This document shows, in pieces, positions 19,890-20,829 of a DNA stretch of 20,829 bases. The DNA is taken from positions 1 to 20,829 of the forward strand of contig JBHGNT010000558.1 in assembly GCA_043228905.1 (NCBI GenBank), written 5' to 3'. Each line of letters starts with the position of its first letter. The first letter of the stretch is position 1. The DNA is from Azolla caroliniana (Eukaryota > Plantae > Polypodiophyta). The notes under the pieces were generated by a model, which worked only from the letters and a program-made list of their open reading frames with translations, did no database searches and was not told the DNA's origin. A program made the translations under genes and the position numbers.

Positions 19890-20446
19890 TGTCACGTCGA
19901 TCTCGAAGTACGAAAGCAAACGAAAAGAAAATCGCGTATCTGGGAAGTAAGCACCGAGCTTCTTGTCAAAGAAAGAGGAGAAACGAAAATAACTTGTATT
20001 GATATTTGATGATGATTACAAAATATTTCTTGTAAAATAATATAGCTTGTCCCTCCTATTACAATAATATTCCTCGTCTCCTGTTCTCCCCCTCACTCTT
20101 TTCTCTTTCCCTCTTTAAATAGGTGCCCCCATGCATATGATGCATGTGAAGGTACAAAACATGCATGTAGTGCATGAAATGCATGTGATGCATGATTGCC
20201 ATTTGGCGTTCATGCATTACATGTGATGCATGATAGACATCCCACACATTTGAGCTTTCATGTATGAAAATATACATGGCATAAGTACAAACATTAAAGT
20301 ATAGCTTTTAAAGAACAAATGACCTTGCCTAATGGCAGTCTGTGCCTTGTGTTTGGTATGTGAGGTTGTGGGTTCAAGTCTCTCGAATGTTATTCAATAA
20401 AATATTTTAGTTTATTTTTCTATCGTGAAGCAAATCCTTCACGACA
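19890..20446 (-). repeat. 5' LTR of D (~557 bp)
   Basis: TGTC...GACA termini, adjacent PBS and TATTTAAA on the minus strand at 20121-20114. The right end is inferred from 10-nt identity with A's LTR end. Confidence 0.72.
20318..20390 (+). pseudogene. Degenerate tRNA-derived (SINE-head-like) segment
   Basis: A-box-like TTGCCTAATGG at 20325-20335 and B-box-like GGTTCAAGTC at 20371-20380, 46 nt apart. No convincing cloverleaf. Confidence 0.4.
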
Positions 20447-20573
20447 CCTAAACCCCTTGACGCTCCTATTCATCGAGGTCTCACACTTTATATAACCTTT
20501 TACAAAGATTTGAATAAACTCATATAAATTGGTAGAAGTTATTTTCTCATCGTGGCATGGAAACGTCATGACA

Positions 20574-20829
20574 ACAGTCCTCATCGGAGACTGGAACATG
20601 AATGTGAGGAACCATGTGCAGTCCTCACCAGAGAAAAGAACACCAACGGATGTGAGCGACCATGTGCAGTCCTCACCGGGAATTGGAACACCAATGGACG
20701 TGAGTGACCATGTGCGGTCCTCATCGGGAACTGGAACACCAATGGGTGTGAGTGACCATGTGCGGTTCTCATCGGAGATAGGAACACCAACGGATGTGAG
20801 CGACCATGTGCAGTTCTCACCGTGAATTG
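20574..20829. repeat. 48-bp tandem repeat, at least 4.5 units plus a degenerate first unit, continuing off the edge
   Basis: ACCATGTGC recurs at 20611, 20659, 20707, 20755 and 20803. Confidence 0.93.

Larger units (their letters stand above)
17230..20446 (-). mobile_element. Element D: old AT-rich Ty3/Gypsy related to A, 5' half only, cut in RT by insertion of B
   Basis: Peptides shared with A include LEERILDSKVELSLRE, HWARATTETP, DHG, LHGACPN, KYKTIDKKV and QPINRVTIRN. Trp PBS, and the LTR terminus CTTCACGACA is identical to A's. Confidence 0.9.

Noticed and set aside
20059-20277. His/Met-rich 72-aa ORF as a metal-binding peptide
   Set aside because: It is the translation of the CATG repeat cluster in D's LTR and spans the TATA box.
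20447-20456. CCTAAACCC telomere-like motif
   Set aside because: Only about one unit, which is expected by chance.
20574-20829. CRISPR array
   Set aside because: The whole 48-bp unit repeats with no unique spacers, there are no cas genes, and the context is eukaryotic retroelements.

Overview
This window is a stack of four nested LTR retrotransposons, with no host gene, probably from plant heterochromatin. A non-seed plant is plausible but is inference. (A) 1-6201, minus strand: a GC-rich Ty3/Gypsy with no stops in the visible coding frames. It has a gag-protease ORF1, a -1 frameshift into RT-RNaseH-INT, a tRNA-Trp PBS and a 5' LTR at 5529-6201, and it is inserted in the 5' LTR of B. (B) 6202-17229, plus strand: a decayed Ty1/Copia with a tRNA-iMet PBS, a duplicated PPT and a ~170-codon charged tail after RNase H, inserted in the RT of D. 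(C) 8622-13985, plus strand: a complete but decayed Tnt1/Tork-like Ty1/Copia with both LTRs and a perfect CGATA target-site duplication, inserted in the integrase of B. (D) 17230-20446, minus strand: an old AT-rich relative of A with the same PBS, the same D-H-G protease motif and the same frameshift geometry. A 48-bp tandem array runs off the right edge. Most notable are the conserved -1 frameshift cassette placed after the protease, the DHG catalytic motif, the PPT-bounded pol tail of B, a ladder of palindromes in B's LTR, and a tRNA-like A/B-box segment inside D's LTR. I found no evidence of a wholly new system beyond these retroelement features.
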